This document shows positions 9,852-24,800 of a stretch of 59,667 nucleotides of DNA, one piece after another (positions within the stretch are counted from its first letter, which is position 1; every line of letters begins with the position of its first letter). Source of the stretch: Azolla caroliniana. Lineage: Eukaryota > Plantae > Polypodiophyta. The notes under the pieces were generated by a model. It was not told the origin of the DNA, searched no databases, and saw nothing but the letters and a program-made list of their open reading frames with translations. The position numbers and the translations under genes were made by a program. The stretch spans positions 1 through 59,667 of the forward strand of contig JBHGNT010000177.1 in assembly GCA_043228905.1 (NCBI GenBank), read 5' to 3'.

Positions 9852-12800
9852 GAAAATACCAAATTTGAGGAGTGAGTTGAGAGAAGCCCTTGAGTAAATT
9901 AAAATGTTCATACCTGGCTCGTGTGATATCGGATTTTTGTGTTCAAACATGCGAATCGAAGCAAACAACGCTAGCTATGATATGGAATTAAAAAATCAAG
10001 ATTTTGAAACTCAGGTCGAGAGCCATGACGAAATTACCAAATTTGAGGAGTGAGTTGAGAAGAGCTATGACGTAAATCAAAATGTTCATACCTGGCTCGT
10101 GTGATATCGGATTTTTGTGTTCAAACATGCAAATCGAAGCTAACAACGCTAGCTATGATATGGAATTAGAAAATCAAGATTTTGAAACTCAGGTCGAGAG
10201 CCATGACGAAATTACCAAATTTGAGGAGTGAGTTGAGAAGAGCTATGACGTAAATCAAAATGTTCATACCTGGCTCGTGTGATATCGGATTTTTGTGTTC
10301 AAACATGCGAATCGAAGCTAACAACGCTAGCTATGATATGGAATTAAAAAATCAAGATTTTGAAACTCAGGTCGCGAGACATGACGAAATTACCAAATTT
10401 GAGGAGTGAGTTGAGAGAAGCCCTTGAGTAAATTAAAATGTTCATATCAGGCTCGTGTGATATCGGATTTTTGTGTTCAAACATGCGAATCGAAGCTAAC
10501 AACGCTAGCTATGATATGGAATTAAAAAATCAAGATTTTGAAACTCAGGTCGAGAGCCATGACGAAATTACCAAATTTGAGGAGTGAGTTGAGAAGAGCT
10601 ATGACGTAAATCAAAATGTTCATACCTGGCTCGTGTGATATCGGATTTTTGTGTTCAAACATGCGAATCGAAGCTAACAACGCTAGCTATGATATGGAGT
10701 TAAAAAATCAAGATTTTGAAACTCAGGTCGCGAGACATGACGAAATTACCAAATTTGAGGAGTGAGTTGAGAGAAGCCCTTGAGTAAATTAAAATGTTCA
10801 TACCTGGCTCGTGTGATATCGGATTTTTGTGTTCAAACATGCGAATCGAAGCTAGCAACGCTAGCTATGATATGGAATTAAAAAATCAAGATTTTGAAAC
10901 TCAGGTCGAGAGACATGATGAGATTACCAAATTTGAGGAGTGAGTTGAGAGAAGCCCTTGAGTAAATTAAAATGTTCATACCTGGCTCGTGTGATATCGG
11001 ATTTTTGTGTTCAAACATGCGAATCGAAGCTAACAACGCTAGCTATGATATGGAATTAAAAAATCAAGATTTTGAAACTCAGGTCGAGAGACATGATGAG
11101 ATTACCAAATTTGAGGAGTGAGTTGAGAGAAGCCCTTGAGTAAATTAAAATGTTCATACCTGGCTCGTGTGATATCGGATTTTTGTGTTCAAACATGCGA
11201 ATCGAAGCTAACAACGCTAGCTATGATATGGAATTAAAAAATCAAGATTTTGAAACTCAGGTCGCAAGACATGACGAAAATACCAAATTTGAGGAGTGAG
11301 TTGAGAGAAGCCCTTGAGTAAATTAAAATGTTCATATCTGGCTCGTGTGATATCGGATTTTTGTGTTCAAACATGCGAATCGAAGCAAACAACGCTAGCT
11401 ATGATATGGAATTAAAAAATCAAGATTTTGAAACTCAGGTCGAGAGCCATGACGAAATTACCAAATTTGAGGAGTGAGTTGAGAAGAGCTATGACGTAAA
11501 TCAAAATGTTCATACCTGGCTCGTGTGATATCGGATTTTTGTGTTCAAACATGCGAATCGAAGCTAACAACGCTAGCTATGATATGGTATTAAAAAATCA
11601 AGATTTTCAAACTCAGGTCGCGAGACATGACTAAATTACCAAATTTGAGGAGTGAGTTGAGAGAAGCCCTTGAGTAAATTAAAATGTTCATACCTGGCTC
11701 ATGTGATATCGGATTTTTGTGTTCACACATGCGAATCGAAGCTACCAATGCTAGCTATGATATGGAGTTAAAAAATCAAGATATTGAAACTCAGGTCGCG
11801 AGACATGACGAAATTACCAAATTTGAGGAGTGAGTTGAGAGAAGCCCTTGAGTAAATTAAAATGTTCATACCTGGCTCGTGTGATATCGGATTTTTGTGT
11901 TCAAACATGCGAATCGAAGCTACCAATGCTAGCTATGATATGGAGTTAAAAAATCAAGATTTTGAAACTCAGGTCGCGAGACATGACGAAATTACCAAAT
12001 TTGAGGAGTGAGTTGAGAGAAGCCCTTGAGTAAATTAAAATGTTCATACCTAGCTCGTGTGATATCAGATTTTTGTGTTCACACATGCGAATCGAAGCTA
12101 CCAATGCTAGCTATGATATGGAGTTAAAAAATCAAGATTTTGAAACTCAGGTCGCGAGACATGACGAAATTACCAAATTTGAGGAGTGAGTTGAGAGAAG
12201 CCCTTGAGTAAATTAAAATGTTCATACCTTGCTCGTGTGATATCGGATTTTTGTGTTCAAACATGCGAATCGAAGCTAACAACACTAGCTATGATATAGA
12301 ATTAGAAAATCAAGATTTTGAAACTCAGGTCGAGAGACATGACGAAATTACCAAATTTGAGGAGTGAGTTAAGAAGAGCTATGACGTAAATCAAAATGTT
12401 CATACCTGGCTCGTGTGATATCGGATTTTTGTGTTCAAACATGCGAATCCAAGCTAACAATGCTAGCTATGATATGGAGTTAAAAAATCAAGATTTTGAA
12501 ACTCAGGTCGCGAGACATGACGAAATTACCAAATTTGAGGAGTGAGTTGAGAGAAGCCCTTGAGTAAATTAAAATGTTCATACCTGGCTCGTGTGATATC
12601 GGATTTTTGTGTTCAAACATGCGAATCGAAGCTAACAACGCTAGCTATGATATGGAATTAAAAAATCAAGATTTTGAAACTCAGGTCGCAAGACATGACG
12701 AAAATACCAAATTTGAGGAGTGAGTTGAGAGAAGCCCTTGAGTAAATTAAAATGTTCATATCTGGCTCGTGTGATATCGGATTTTTGTGTTCAAACATGC

Positions 12801-15800
12801 GAATCGAAGCAAACAACGCTAGCTATGATATGGAATTAAAAAATCAAGATTTTGAAACTCAGGTCGAGAGCCATGACGAAATTACCAAATTTGAGGAGTG
12901 AGTTGAGAAGAGGTATGACGTAAATCAAAATGTTCATACCTGGCTCGTGTGATATCGGATTTTTGTGTTCAAACATGCGAATCGAAGCTAACAACGCTAG
13001 CTATGATATGGTATTAAAAAATCAAGATTTTCAAACTCAGGTCGCGAGACATGACTAAATTACCAAATTTGAGGAGTGAGTTGAGAGAAGCCCTTGAGTA
13101 AATTAAAATGTTCATACCTGGCTCATGTGATATCGGATTTTTGTGTTCACACATGCGAATCGAAGCTACCAATGCTAGCTATGATATGGAGTTAAAAAAT
13201 CAAGATATTGAAACTCAGGTCGCGAGACATGACGAAATTACCAAATTTGAGGAGTGAGTTGAGAGAAGCCCTTGAGTAAATTAAAATGTTCATACCTGGC
13301 TCGTGTGATATCGGATTTTTGTGTTCAAACATGCGAATCGAAGCTACCAATGCTAGCTATGATATGGAGTTAAAAAATCAAGATTTTGAAACTCAGGTCG
13401 CGAGACATGACGAAATTACCAAATTTGAGGAGTGAGTTGAGAGAAGCCCTTGAGTAAATTAAAATGTTCATACCTTGCTCGTGTGATATCGGATTTTTGT
13501 GTTCAAACATGCGAATCGAAGCTAATAACACTAGCTATGATATAGAATTAGAAAATCAAGATTTTGAAACTCAGGTCGAGAGACATGACGAAATTACCAA
13601 ATTTGAGGAGTGAGTTAAGAAGAGCTATGACGTAAATCAAAATGTTCATACCTGGCTCGTGTGATATCGGATTTTTGTGTTCAAACATGCGAATCCAAGC
13701 TAACAATGCTAGCTATGATATGGAGTTAAAAAATCAAGATTTTGAAACTCAGGTCGCGAGACATGACGAAATTACCAAATTTGAGGAGTGAGTTGAGAGA
13801 AGCCCTTGAGTAAATTAAAATGTTCATACCTGGCTCGTGTGATATCGGATTTTTGTGTTCAAACATGCGAATCGAAGCTAACAACACTAGCTATGATATA
13901 GAATTAAAAAATTAAGATTTTGAAACTCAGGTCGCAAGACATGACGAAAATACCAAATTTGAGGAGTGAGTTAAGAAGAGCTATGAGTTAAATTAAAATG
14001 TTCATACCTGGCTCGTGTGATATCGGATTTTTGTGTTCAAACATGCGAATCCAAGCTAACAATGCTAGCTATGATATGGAGTTAAAAAATCAAGATTTTG
14101 AAACTCAGGTCGCGAGACATGACGAAATTACCAAATTTGAGGAGTGAGTTGAGAGAAGCCCTTGAGTAAATTAAAATGTTCATACCTGGCTCGTGTGATA
14201 TCGGATTTTTGTGTTCAAACATGCGAATCGAAGCTAACAACACTAGCTATGATATAGAATTAGAAAATCAAGATTTTGAAACTCAGCTCGAGAGACATGA
14301 CGAAATTACCAAATTTGAGGAGTGAGTTGAGAGAAGCCCTTGAGTAAATTAAAATGTTCATACCTGGCTCGTGTGATATCGGATTTTTGTCTTCACACAT
14401 GCGAATCGAAGCTAACAACGCTAGCTATGATATGGAATTAAAAAATCAAGATTTTGAAACTCAGGTCGAGAGACATGACGAAATTACCAAATTTGAGGAG
14501 TCAGTTAAGAACAGCTATGAGTTAAATTAAAATGTTCATACCTGGCTCGTGTGATATCGGATTTTTGTGTTCAAACATGCGAATCGAAGCTAACAATGCT
14601 AGCTATGATATGGAGTTAAAAAATCAAGATTTTGAAACTCAGCTCGAGAGACATGACGAAATTACCAAATTTGAGGAGTGAGTTGAGAGAAGCCCTTGAG
14701 TAAATTAAAATGTTCATACCTGGCTCGTGTGATATCGGATTTTTGTCTTCACACATGCGAATCGAAGCTAACAACGCTAGCTATGATATGGAATTAAAAA
14801 ATCAAGATTTTGAAACTCAGGTCGAGAGACATGACGAAATTACCAAATTTGAGGAGTCAGTTAAGAACAGCTATGAGTTAAATTAAAATGTTCATACCTG
14901 GCTCGTGTGATATCGGATTTTTGTGTTCAAACATGCGAATCGAAGCTAACAATGCTAGCTATGATATGGAGTTAAAAAATCAAGATTTTGAAACTCAGCT
15001 CGCGAGACATGACGAAATTACCAAATTTGAGGAGTGAGTTGAGAGAAGCCCTTGAGTAAATTAAAATGTTCATACCTGGCTCGTGTGATATTGGATATTT
15101 GTGTTCACACATGCGAATCGAAGCTAACAACGCTAGCTATGATATGGAATTAAAAAATCAAGATTTTGAAATTCAGGTCGAGAGACATGACTAAATTACC
15201 AAATTTGAGGAGTGAGTTGAGAAGAGCAATGAGGTAAATCAAAATGTTCATACCTGGCTCTTGTGATATCGGATTTTTGTGTTCAAACATGCGAATCGAA
15301 GCTAACAACACTAGCTATGATATGGAATTAAAAAATCAAGATTTTGAAACTCAGGTCGCGAGACATGACGAAATTACCAAATTTGAGGAGTGAGTTGAGA
15401 GAAGCCCTTGAGTAAATTAAAATGTTCATACCTGGCTCGTGTGATATCGGATTTTTGTGTTCACACATGCGAATCGAAGCTACCAATGCTAGCTATGATA
15501 TGGAGTTAAAAAATCAAGATTTTGAAACTCAGGTCGCGAGACATGACGAAATTACCAAATTTGAGGAGTGAGTTGAGAGAAGCCCTTGAGTAAATTAAAA
15601 TGTTCATACCTGGCTCGTGTGATATCGGATTTTTGTGTTCAAACATGCGAATCGAAGCTAACAACACTAGCTATGATATAGAATTAGAAAATCAAGATTT
15701 TGAAACTCAGGTCGAGAGACATGACGAAAATACCAAATTTGAGGAGTGAGTTAAGAAGAGCTATGAGTTAAATTAAAATGTTCATACCTGGCTCGTGTGA

Positions 15801-18800
15801 TATCGGATTTTTGTGTTCAAACATGCGAATCGAAGCTAACAACGCTAGGTATGATATGGAATTAAAAAATCAAGATTTTGAAACTCAGGTCGCGAGACAT
15901 GACGAAATTACCAAATTTGAGGAGTGAGTTGAGAGAAGCCCTTGAGTAAATTAAAATGTTCATACCTGGCTCGTGTGATATCGGATTTTTGTGTTCACAC
16001 ATGCGAATCCAAGCTACCAATGCTAGCTATGATATGGAGTTAAAAAATCAAGATTTTGAAACTCAGCTCGCGAGACATGACGAAATTACCAAATTTGAGG
16101 AGTGAGTTGAGAGAAGCCCTTGAGTAAATTAAAATGTTCATACCTGGCTCGTGTGATATCGGATTTTTGTGTTCAAACATGCGAATCGAATCTAACAACA
16201 CTAGCTATGATATAGAATTAAAAAATCAAGATTTTGAAACTCAGGTCGCGAGACATGACGAAATTACCAAATTTGAGGAGTGAGTTGAGAGAAGCCCTTG
16301 AGTAAATTAAAATGTTCATACCTGGCTCGTGTGATATCGGATTTTTGTGTTCACACATGCGAATCGAAGCTACCAATGCTAGCTATGATATGGAGTTAAA
16401 AAATCAAGATTTTGAAACTCAGGTCGCGAGACATGACGAAATTACCAAATTTGAGGAGTGAGTTGAGAGAAGCCCTTGAGTAAATTAAAATGTTCATACC
16501 TGGCTCGTGTGATATCGGATTTTTGTGTTCAAACATGCGAATCGAAGCTAACAACACTAGCTATGATATAGAATTAGAAAATCAAGATTTTGAAACTCAG
16601 GTCGAGAGACATGACGAAAATACCAAATTTGAGGAGTGAGTTAAGAAGAGCTATGAGTTAAATTAAAATGTTCATACCTGGCTCGTGTGATATCGGATTT
16701 TTGTGTTCAAACATGCGAATCCAAGCTAACAATGCTAGCTATGATATGGAGTTAAAAAATCAAGATTTTGAAACTCAGGTCGTGAGACATGACGAAATTA
16801 CCAAATTTGAGGAGTGAGTTGAGAGAAGCCCTTGAGTAAATTAAAATGTTCATACCTGGCTCGTGTGATATCGGATTTTTGTGTTCAAACATGCGAATCG
16901 AAGCTAACAACGCTAGGTATGATATGGAATTAAAAAATCAAGATTTTGAAACTCAGGTCGCGAGACATGACGAAATTACCAAATTTGAGGAGTGAGTTGA
17001 GAGAAGCCCTTGAGTAAATTAAAATGTTCATACCTGGCTCGTGTGATATCGGATTTTTGTGTTCAAACATGCGAATCGAATCTAACAACACTAGCTATGA
17101 TATAGAATTAGAAAATCAAGATTTTGAAACTCAGGTCGAGAGACATGACGAAAATACCAAATTTGAGGAGTGAGTTAAGAAGAGCTATGAGTTAAATTAA
17201 AATGTTCATACCTGGCTCGTGTGATATCGGATTTTTGTGTTCAAACATGCGAATCCAAGCTAACAATGCTAGCTATGATATGGAGTTAAAAAATCAAGAT
17301 TTTGAAACTCAGGTCGCGAGACATGACGAAATTACCAAATTTGAGGAGTGAGTTGAGAGAAGCCCTTGAGTAAATTAAAATGTTCATACCTGGCTCGTGT
17401 GATATCGGATTTTTGTGTTCACACATGCGAATCGAAGCTACCAATGCTAGCTATGATATGGAGTTAAAAAATCAAGATTTTGAAACTCAGGTCGCGAGAC
17501 ATGACGAAATTACCAAATTTGAGGAGTGAGTTGAGAGAAGCCCTTCAGTAAATTAAAATGTTCATACCTGGCTCGTGTGATATCGGATTTTTGTGTTCAA
17601 ACATGCGAATCGAAGCTAACAACACTAGCTATGATATAGAATTAGAAAATCAAGATTTTGAAACTCAGGTCGAGAGACATGACGAAAATACCAAATTTGA
17701 GGAGTGAGTTAAGAAGAGCTATGAGTTAAATTAAAATGTTCATACCTGGCTCGTGTGATATCGGATTTTTGTGTTCAAACATGCGAATCCAAGCTAACAA
17801 TGCTAGCTATGATATGGAGTTAAAAAATCAAGATTTTGAAACTCAGGTCGTGAGACATGACGAAATTACCAAATTTGAGGAGTGAGTTGAGAGAAGCCCT
17901 TGAGTAAATTAAAATGTTCATACCTGGCTCGTGTGATATCGGATTTTTGTGTTCAAACATGCGAATCGAAGCTAACAACGCTAGCTATGATATGGAATTA
18001 AAAAATCAAGATTTTGAAACTCAGGTCGAGAGACATGACGAAATTACCAAATTTGAGGAGTAAGTTAAGAAGAGCTATGAGTTAAATTAAAATGTTCATA
18101 CCTGGCTCGTGTGATATCGGATTTTTGTGTTCAAACATGCGAATCGAAGCTAACAATGCTAGCTATGATATGGAGTTAAAAAATCAAGATTTTGAAACTC
18201 AGCTCGCGAGACATGACGAAATTACCGAATTTGAGGAGTGAGTTGAGAGAAGCCCTTGAGTAAATTAAAATGTTCATACCTGGCTCGTGTGATATCGGAT
18301 TTTTGTGTTCACACATGCGAATCGAAGCTAACAACGCTAGCTATGATATGGAATTAAAAAATCAAGATTTTGAAACTCAGGTCGAGAGACATGACGAAAT
18401 TACCAAATTTGAGGAGTGAGTTGAGAAGAGCAATGAGGTAAATCAAAATGTTCATACCTGGCTCTTGTGATATCGGATTTTTGTGTTCAAACATGCGAAT
18501 CGAAGCTAACAATGCTAGCTATGATATGGAGTTAAAAAATCAAGATTTTGAAACTCAGCTCGCGAGACATGACGAAATTACCAAATTTGAGGAGTGAGTT
18601 GAGAGAAGCCCTTGAGTAAATTAAAATGTTCATACCTGGCTCGTGTGATATCGGATTTTTGTGTTCAAACATGCGAATCGAAGCTAACAACACTAGCTAT
18701 GATATAGAATTAGAAAATCAAGATTTTGAAACTCAGGTCGAGAGACATGACGAAAATACCAAATTTGAGGAGTGAGTTAAGAAGAGCTATGAGTTAAATT

Positions 18801-21800
18801 AAAATGTTCATACCTGGCTCGTGTGATATCGGATTTTTGTGTTCACACATGCGAATCGAAGCTACCAATGCTAGCTATGATATGGAGTTAAAAAATCAAG
18901 ATTTTGAAACTCAGGTCGCGAGACATGACGAAATTACCAAATTTGAGGAGTGAGTTGAGAGAAGCCCTTGAGTAAATTAAAATGTTCATACCTGGCTCGT
19001 GTGATATCGGATTTTTGTGTTCAAACATGCGAATCGAAGCTAACAACGCTAGCTATGGTATGGAATTAAAAAATCAAGATTTTGAAACTCAGGTCGAGAG
19101 ACATGATGAGATTACCAAATTTGAGGAGTGAGTTGAGAGAAGCCCTTGAGTAAATTAAAATGTTCATACCTGGCTCGTGTGATATCGGATTTTGGTGTTC
19201 AAACATGCGAATCCAAGCTAACAATGCTAGCTATGATATGGAGTTAAAAAATCAAGATTTTGAAACTCAGCTCGCGAGACATGACGATATTACCAAATTT
19301 GAGGAGTGAGTTGAGAGAAGCCCTTGAGTAAATTAAAATGTTCATACCTGGCTCGTGTGATATCGGACTTTTGTGTTCAAACATGCGAATTGAAGCTAAC
19401 AACGCTAGCTATGATTTGGAATTAAAAAATCAAGATTTTGAAACTCAAGTCGAGAGACATGACGAAATTACCAAATTTGAGGAGTAAGTTAAGAAGAGCT
19501 ATGAGTTAAATTAAAATGTTCATACCTGGCTCGTGTGATATCGGATTTTTGTGTTCAAACATGCGAATCGAAGCTAACAATGCTAGCTATGATATGGAGT
19601 TAAAAAATCAAGAATTTGAAACTCAGCTCGCGAGACATGACGAAATTACCAAATTTGAGGAGTGAGTTGAGAGAAGCCCTTGAGTAAATTAAAATGTTCA
19701 TACCTGGCTCGTGTGATATCGGATTTTTGTGTTCAAACATGCGAATCGAAGCAAACAACGCTAGCTATGATATGGAATTAAAAAATCAAGATTTTGAAAC
19801 TCAGGTCGAGAGCCATGACGAAATTACCAAATTTGAGGAGTGAGTTGAGAAGAGCTATGACGTAAATCAAAATGTTCATACCTGGCTCGTGTGATATCGG
19901 ATTTTTGTGTTCAAACATGCGAATCGAAGATAACAACGCTAGCTATGATATGGAATTAAAAAATCAAGATTTTGAAACTCAGGTCGCGAGACATGACGAA
20001 ATTACCAAATTTGAGGAGTGAGTTGAGAGAAGCCCTTGAGTAAATTAAAATGTTCATACCTGGCTCGTGTGATATCGGATTTTTGTGTTCACACATGCGA
20101 ATCGAAGCTAACAACGCTAGCTATGATATGGAATTAAAAAATCAAGATTTTGAAATTCAGGTCGAGAGACATGACGAAATTACCAAATTTGAGGAGTGAG
20201 TTGAGAAGAGCAATGAGGTAAATCAAAATGTTCATACCTGGCTCTTGTGATATCGGATTTTTGTGTTCAAACATGCGAATCGAAGCTAACAACGCTAGCT
20301 ATGATATGGAATTAAAAAATCAAGATTTTGAAACTCAGGTCGAGAGACATGACGAAATTACCAAATTTGAGGAGTGAGTTGAGAGAAGCCCTTGAGTAAA
20401 TTAAAATGTTCATACCTGGCTCGTGTGATATCGGATTTTTGTGTTCAAACATGCGAATCGAAGCTAACAACGCTAGCTATGGTATGGAATTAAAAAATCA
20501 AGATTTTGAAACTCAGGTCGAGAGACATGATGAGATTACCAAATTTGAGGAGTGAGTTGAGAGAAGCCCTTGAGTAAATTAAAATGTTCATACCTGGCTC
20601 GTGTGATATCGGATTTTGGTGTTCAAACATGCGAATCCAAGCTAACAATGCTAGCTATGATATGGAGTTAAAAAATCAAGATTTTGAAACTCAGCTCGCG
20701 AGACATGACGATATTACCAAATTTGAGGAGTGAGTTGAGAGAAGCCCTTGAGTAAATTAAAATGTTCATACCTGGCTCGTGTGATATCGGACTTTTGTGT
20801 TCAAACATGCGAATTGAAGCTAACAACGCTAGCTATGATATGGAATTAAAAAATCAAGATTTTGAAACTCAAGTCGAGAGACATGACGAAATTACCAAAT
20901 TTGAGGAGTAAGTTAAGAAGAGCTATGAGTTAAATTAAAATGTTCATACCTGGCTCGTGTGATATCGGATTTTTGTGTTCAAACATGCGAATCGAAGCTA
21001 ACAATGCTAGCTATGATATGGAGTTAAAAAATCAAGAATTTGAAACTCAGCTCGCGAGACATGACGAAATTACCAAATTTGAGGAGTGAGTTGAGAGAAG
21101 CCCTTGAGTAAATTAAAATGTTCATACCTGGCTCGTGTGATATCGGATTTTTGTGTTCAAACATGCGAATCGAAGCAAACAACGCTAGCTATGATATGGA
21201 ATTAAAAAATCAAGATTTTGAAACTCAGGTCGAGAGCCATGACGAAATTACCAAATTTGAGGAGTGAGTTGAGAAGAGCTATGACGTAAATCAAAATGTT
21301 CATACCTGGCTCGTGTGATATCGGATTTTTGTGTTCAAACATGCGAATCGAAGCTAACAACGCTAGCTATGATATGGAATTAAAAAATCAAGATTTTGAA
21401 ACTCAGGTCGCGAGACATGACGAAATTACCAAATTTGAGGAGTGAGTTGAGAGAAGCCCTTGAGTAAATTAAAATGTTCATACCTGGCTCGTGTGATATC
21501 GGATTTTTGTGTTCACACATGCGAATCGAAGCTAACAACACTAGCTATGATATGGAATTAAAAAATCAAGATTTTGAAATTCAGGTCGAGAGACATGACT
21601 AAATTACCAAATTTGAGGAGTGAGTTGAGAAGAGCAATGAGGTAAATCAAAATGTTCATACCTGGCTCTTGTGATATCGGATTTTTGTGTTCAAACATGC
21701 GAATCGAAGCTAACAACGCTAGCTATGATATGGAATTAAAAAATCAAGATTTTGAAACTCAGGTTGAGAGACATGAAGAAATTAGCAAATTTGAGGAGTG

Positions 21801-24800
21801 AGTTGAGAAGAGCTAGTGGGTAAATTAAAATGTTCTTACCTGGATCGTGTGATATTCGATTTCTCTCTTCAAACATGTGAATCGAAGCTAACCACGCTAG
21901 CTATGATATGGAATTAAAAAATCAAGATTTTGAAACTCAGGTCGCGAGACATGACGAAATTACAAAATTTGAGGAGTGAGTTGAGAGAAGCCCTTGAGTA
22001 AATTAAAATGTTCATACCTGGCTCGTGTGATATCGGATTTTTGTGTTCACACATGCGAATCGAAGCTAACAATGCTAGCTATGATATGGAGTTAAAAAAT
22101 CAAGATTTTGAAACTCAGGTCGCGAGACATGACGAAATTACCAAATTTGAGGAGTGAGTTGAGAGAAGCCCTTGAGTAAATTAAAATGTTCATACCTGGC
22201 TCGTGTGATATCGGATTTTTGTGTTCAAACATGCGAATCGAAGCTAACAACACTAGCTCTGATATAGAATTAGAAAATCAAGATTTTGAAACTCAGGTCG
22301 AGAGACATGACGAAAATACCAAATTTGAGGAGTGAGTTAAGAAGAGCTATGAGTTAAATTAAAATGTTCATACCTGGCTCGTGTGATATCGGATTTTTGT
22401 GTTCAAACATGCGAATCCAAGCTAACAATGCTAGCTATGATATGGAGTTAAAAAATCAAGATTTTGAAACTCAGGTCGCGAGACATGACGAAATTACCAA
22501 ATTTGAGGAGTGAGTTGAGAGAAGCCCTTGAGTAAATTAAAATGTTCATACCTGGCTCGTGTGATATCGGATTTTTGTGTTCACACATGCGAATCGAAGC
22601 TAACAATGCTAACTATGATATGGAATTAAAAAATCAAGATTTTGAAACTCAGGTCGCGAGACATGATGAGATTACCAAATTTGAGGAGTGAGTTGAGAGA
22701 AGCCCTTGAGTAAATCAAAATGTTCATACCTGGCTCGTGTGATATCGGATTTTTGTGTTCAAACATGCGAAACGAAGCGAACAACGCTAGCTATGATATG
22801 GAATTAAAAAATCAAGATTTTGAAACTCAGGTCGCGAGACATGACGAAATTACCAAATTTGAGGAGTGAGTTGAGAGAAGCCCTTGAGTAAATTAAAATG
22901 TTCATACCTGGCTCGTGTGATATCGGATTTTTGTGTTCACACATGCGAATCGAAGCTAACAATGCTAGCTATGATATGGAGTTAAAAAATCAAGATTTTG
23001 AAACTCAGCTCGCGAGACATGACGAAATTACCAAATTTGAGGAGTGAGTTGAGAGAAGCCCTTGAGTAAATTAAAATGTTCATACCTGGCTCGTGTGATA
23101 TCGGATTTTTGTGTTCACACATGCGAATCGAAGCTAACAACGCTAGCTATGATATGGAATTAAAAAATCAAGATTTTGAAATTCAGGTCGAGAGACATGA
23201 CAAAATTACCAAATTTGAGGAGTGAGTTGAGAAGAGCAATGAGGTAAATCAAAATGTTCATACCTGGCTCTTGTGATATCGGATTTTTGTGTTCAAACAT
23301 GCGAATCGAAGCTAACAACACTAGCTATGATATGGAATTAAAAAATCAAGATTTTGAAACTCAGGTCGCGAGACATGACGAAATTACCAAATTTGAGGAG
23401 TGAGTTGAGAGAAGCCCTTGAGTAAATTAAAATGTTCATACCTGGCTTGTGTGATATCGGATTTTTGTGTTCAAACATGCGAATCGAAGCCAACAATGCT
23501 AGCTATGATATGGAATTAAAAAATCAAGATTTTGAAACTCAGGTCGCCAGACATGACGAAAATACCAAATTTGAGGAGTGAGTTGAGAGAAGCCCTTGAG
23601 TAAATTAAAATGTTCATACCTGGCTCGTGTGATATCGGATTTTTGTGTTCAAACATGCGAATCGAAGCAAACAATGCTAGCTATGATATGGAGTTAAAAA
23701 ATCAAGATTTTGAAACTCAGGTCGCGAGACATGACGAAATTACCAAATTTGAGGAGTGAGTTGAGAGAAGCCCTTGAGTAAATTAAAATGTTCATACCTG
23801 GCTCGTGTGATATCGGATTTTTGTGTTCACACATGCGAATCGAAGCTAACAATGCTAGCTATGATATGGAATTACAAAATCAAGATTTTGAAACTCAGGT
23901 CGAGAGACATGATGAGATTACCAAATTTGAGGAGTGAGTTGAGAGAAGCCCTTGAGTAAATTAAAATGTTCATACCTGGCTTGTGTGATATCGGATTTTT
24001 GTGTTCAAACATGCGAATCGAAGCCAACAATGCTAGCTATGATATGGAATTAAAAAATCAAGATTTTGAAACTCAGGTCGCCAGACATGACGAAAATACC
24101 AAATTTGAGGAGTGAGTTGAGAGAAGCCCTTGAGTAAATTAAAATGTTCATACCTGGCTCGTGTGATATCGGATTTTTGTGTTCAAACATGCGAATCGAA
24201 GCAAACAACACTAGCTATGATATGGAATTAAAAAATCAAGATTTTGAAACTCAGGTCGAGAGCCATGACGAAATTACCAAATTTGAGGAGTGAGTTGAGA
24301 AGAGCTATGACGTAAATCAAAATGTTCATACCTGGCTCGTGTGATATCGGATTTTTGTGTTCAAACATGCGAATCGAAGCTAACAACGCTAGCTATGATA
24401 TGGAATTAAAAAATCAAGATTTTGAAACTCAGGTCGCGAGACATGACGAAATTACCAAATTTGAGGAGTGAGTTGAGAGAAGCCCTTGAGTAAATTAAAA
24501 TGTTCATACCTGGCTCGTGTGATATCGGATTTTTGTGTTCAAACATGCGAATCGAAGCTAACAACACTAGCTATGATATAGAATTAAAAAATTAAGATTT
24601 TGAAACTCAGGTCGAGAGACATGACGAAAATACCAAATTTGAGGAGTGAGTTAAGAAGAGCTATGAGTTAAATTAAAATGTTCATACCTGGCTCGTGTGA
24701 TATCGGATTTTTGTGTTCAAACATGCGAATCGAAGCTAACAATGCTAGCTATAATATGGAGTTAAAAAATCAAGATTTTGAAACTCAGGTCGCGAGACAT

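Noticed and set aside
9654-9875. 73-aa ORF in the satellite
   Set aside because: It results from the 72-bp in-frame duplication lengthening a short chance frame.
23774-23959. 61-aa ORF in the satellite
   Set aside because: A single SNP (TTAAAA>TTACAA) removes a stop codon; there is no coding signal.
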